A DNA stretch of 64,000 nucleotides, taken from contig NC_086100.1 of NCBI RefSeq assembly GCF_963921235.1, positions 202,494,001 through 202,558,000 on the forward strand, in the 5' to 3' direction. Positions within the stretch are counted from its first letter, which is position 1; each line of letters opens with the position of its first letter. The notes beneath the pieces are model-generated. The model searched no databases. It worked only from the letters and a program-made list of their open reading frames with translations, and was not told where the DNA came from. The DNA comes from Mobula hypostoma (taxonomy: Eukaryota). Made by a program: the position numbers and the translations under genes. Positions 62,346-64,000 of this stretch are shown piece after piece.

Positions 62346-64000
62346 GAGGTTGGCTCACAAATAGAGAAAGCTTGGAGACATTGCAAAAGGGAGGATAGGC
62401 AGGTGATAGAGAAGGGACGCGTTCAGACCGATGGTTTGAGATGTGTCTATTTTAATGCGAGGTGTATTATGGATAAAGCGGATGAGCTTAGAGCGTGGAT
62501 CAGCACTTGGAGCTATGATGTCGTGGCCATTACAGAGACTTGGATGTTGTAGGGGCAGGAATGGCTACTTCAAGTGCCAGGATTTAGATGTTTCAGAAAG
62601 GACAGGGAGGGAGGCAAAAGAGGTGGGGGCGTGGCACTGTTGATCAGAGATAGAGTCACGGCTGCAGAAAAGGAGGAAGTCATGGAGGAATTGTCTACGG
62701 AATCTCTGTGGGTGGAAGTTAGGAATAGAAAGGATTCAATAAGTCTGTTGGGTGTTTTTTTTATAGACCACCCAATGGTAACAGGGACATCGAGGAGCAG
62801 ATAGGGAGACAGATTCTGGAAAGGAGCAATAATAACAAGGTTGTTGTGGTGGGAGGTTTTAATTTCCCAAATATTGATTGGCATTACCCTAGAGTGAGGG
62901 GTTTGGAAGGGGTGAAGTTTCTTAGTGTGTTCAGGAACGTTTCTTGACGCAATATTTAGAGGAGAGGCTGTACTTGATCTGGTACTGGGAAATGCACCTT
63001 GTCAGGTCTCTCAGTGGGAGAGTAATTTAGAGATAGTGGTCATAATTCTATCTCCTTTACCATAGCATTGGAAGGGATAGGAACAGACAAGTTAGGGAAA
63101 TATTTATTTGGAGTAAGGGGAAATATGAGGCTATCAGGCAGGACCTTGGAAGCATAAATTGGAAATAAATGTTCTCAGGGAAATGTACGGAAGAAATGTG
63201 GCAAATATTCAGGGGATATTTGCGTGGAGTTCTGCGTAGATATGTTCCAATGAGACGGAAAGGATGGTAGGGTACAGGAACTGTGGTGTACAAAGGCTGT
63301 TGTAAATCCAATCAAGAAGAAAAGAAAAACAAAAGGTTCAAAAAACTAGGTAATGATAGAGATCTAGAAGATTATAAGGCTAGCAGGAAGGAGCTTAAGA
63401 ATGAAATTAGGAGAGTCAGAAGGGGCCATGAGAAGGCCTTGGCGGACAGATTCAGGAAGACCCCAAGGCGTTCTACAAATACGTGGAAAGCAAGAGGATA
63501 AGATGTGAAAGAATAGGACCAATCAAGTGCGACAGTGGAAAAGTGTGTACAGAACCGGAAGAGATAGCAGAGATACTTAATGAATACTTTGCTTCAGTAT
63601 TCACTATGGAAAAGGATCTTGATGATTGTAGGGATGACTTACAGTGGACTGAAAAGCTTGAGCATGTAGATATTAAGGAAGAGGATATGCTGGAGCTTTT
63701 GGAAAGCCTCAAGTTGGATAAGTCACCGGGACCGGACGGGATGTACCCCAGGCTACTGTGGGAAGCGAGGGAGGAGATTGCTGAGCCTCTGGCGATGATC
63801 TTTGCATCATCAATGGGGACGGGAGAGGTTCTGGAGGATTGGAGGGTTGTAGATGTTGTTCCCTTATTCAAGAAAGGGAGTGGAGATAGCCCAGGAAATT
63901 ATAGGCCAGTGAGTCTTACTTCAGTGGTTGGTAAGTTGATGGAGAAGATCCTGAAAGGCAGGATTTATGAACATTTGGAGAGGCATGATATGATTAGGAA
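62345..64000 (+). mobile_element. CR1 ORF2 (endonuclease onward), running out of the window
   Basis: CVYFNARCI..VAITETW, RKDREGGKRGGGVALL and NYRPVSLTS, with stops and frameshifts. Confidence 0.92.

Overview
Eukaryotic, vertebrate genomic DNA. The CR1, V-SINE and Penelope repeat families point to a cartilaginous fish, probably a ray (inference). The window holds one complete host gene on the + strand, a galectin-3-binding protein orthologue (LGALS3BP). Its five coding exons are 12352-12406, 32653-32844, 45502-45633, 45983-46250 and 57218-58289. All junctions are GT-AG and phase-compatible, giving 1719 nt and 572 aa: signal peptide, SRCR, BTB, BACK and C-terminal domain. The gene is stretched over about 46 kb by heavily nested CR1 LINEs. 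Other mobile DNA comprises an RT-deleted chromodomain Gypsy element with its 3' LTR, two solo LTRs, a BovB-like RTE LINE, Rex1/Babar fragments, a CORE-SINE, a V-SINE-like copy, Penelope-like fold-back termini with minimal hammerhead-ribozyme motifs, a hAT remnant and a mariner end. Distinct minisatellites flank almost every exon, including a 3.4-kb 33-bp array just before the last exon and a 29-bp array just after the stop codon, which share a complementary 9-mer. I found no convincing new protein-coding system; the very long ORFs at 53.7-57.2 kb are repeat artefacts. The best leads are the BovB copy, the hammerhead-bearing hairpin, the exon-flanking minisatellites (including a triplicated splice donor), and a CR1 inserted at the site homologous to its own truncation point. 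TE boundaries are approximate unless a TSD is cited.
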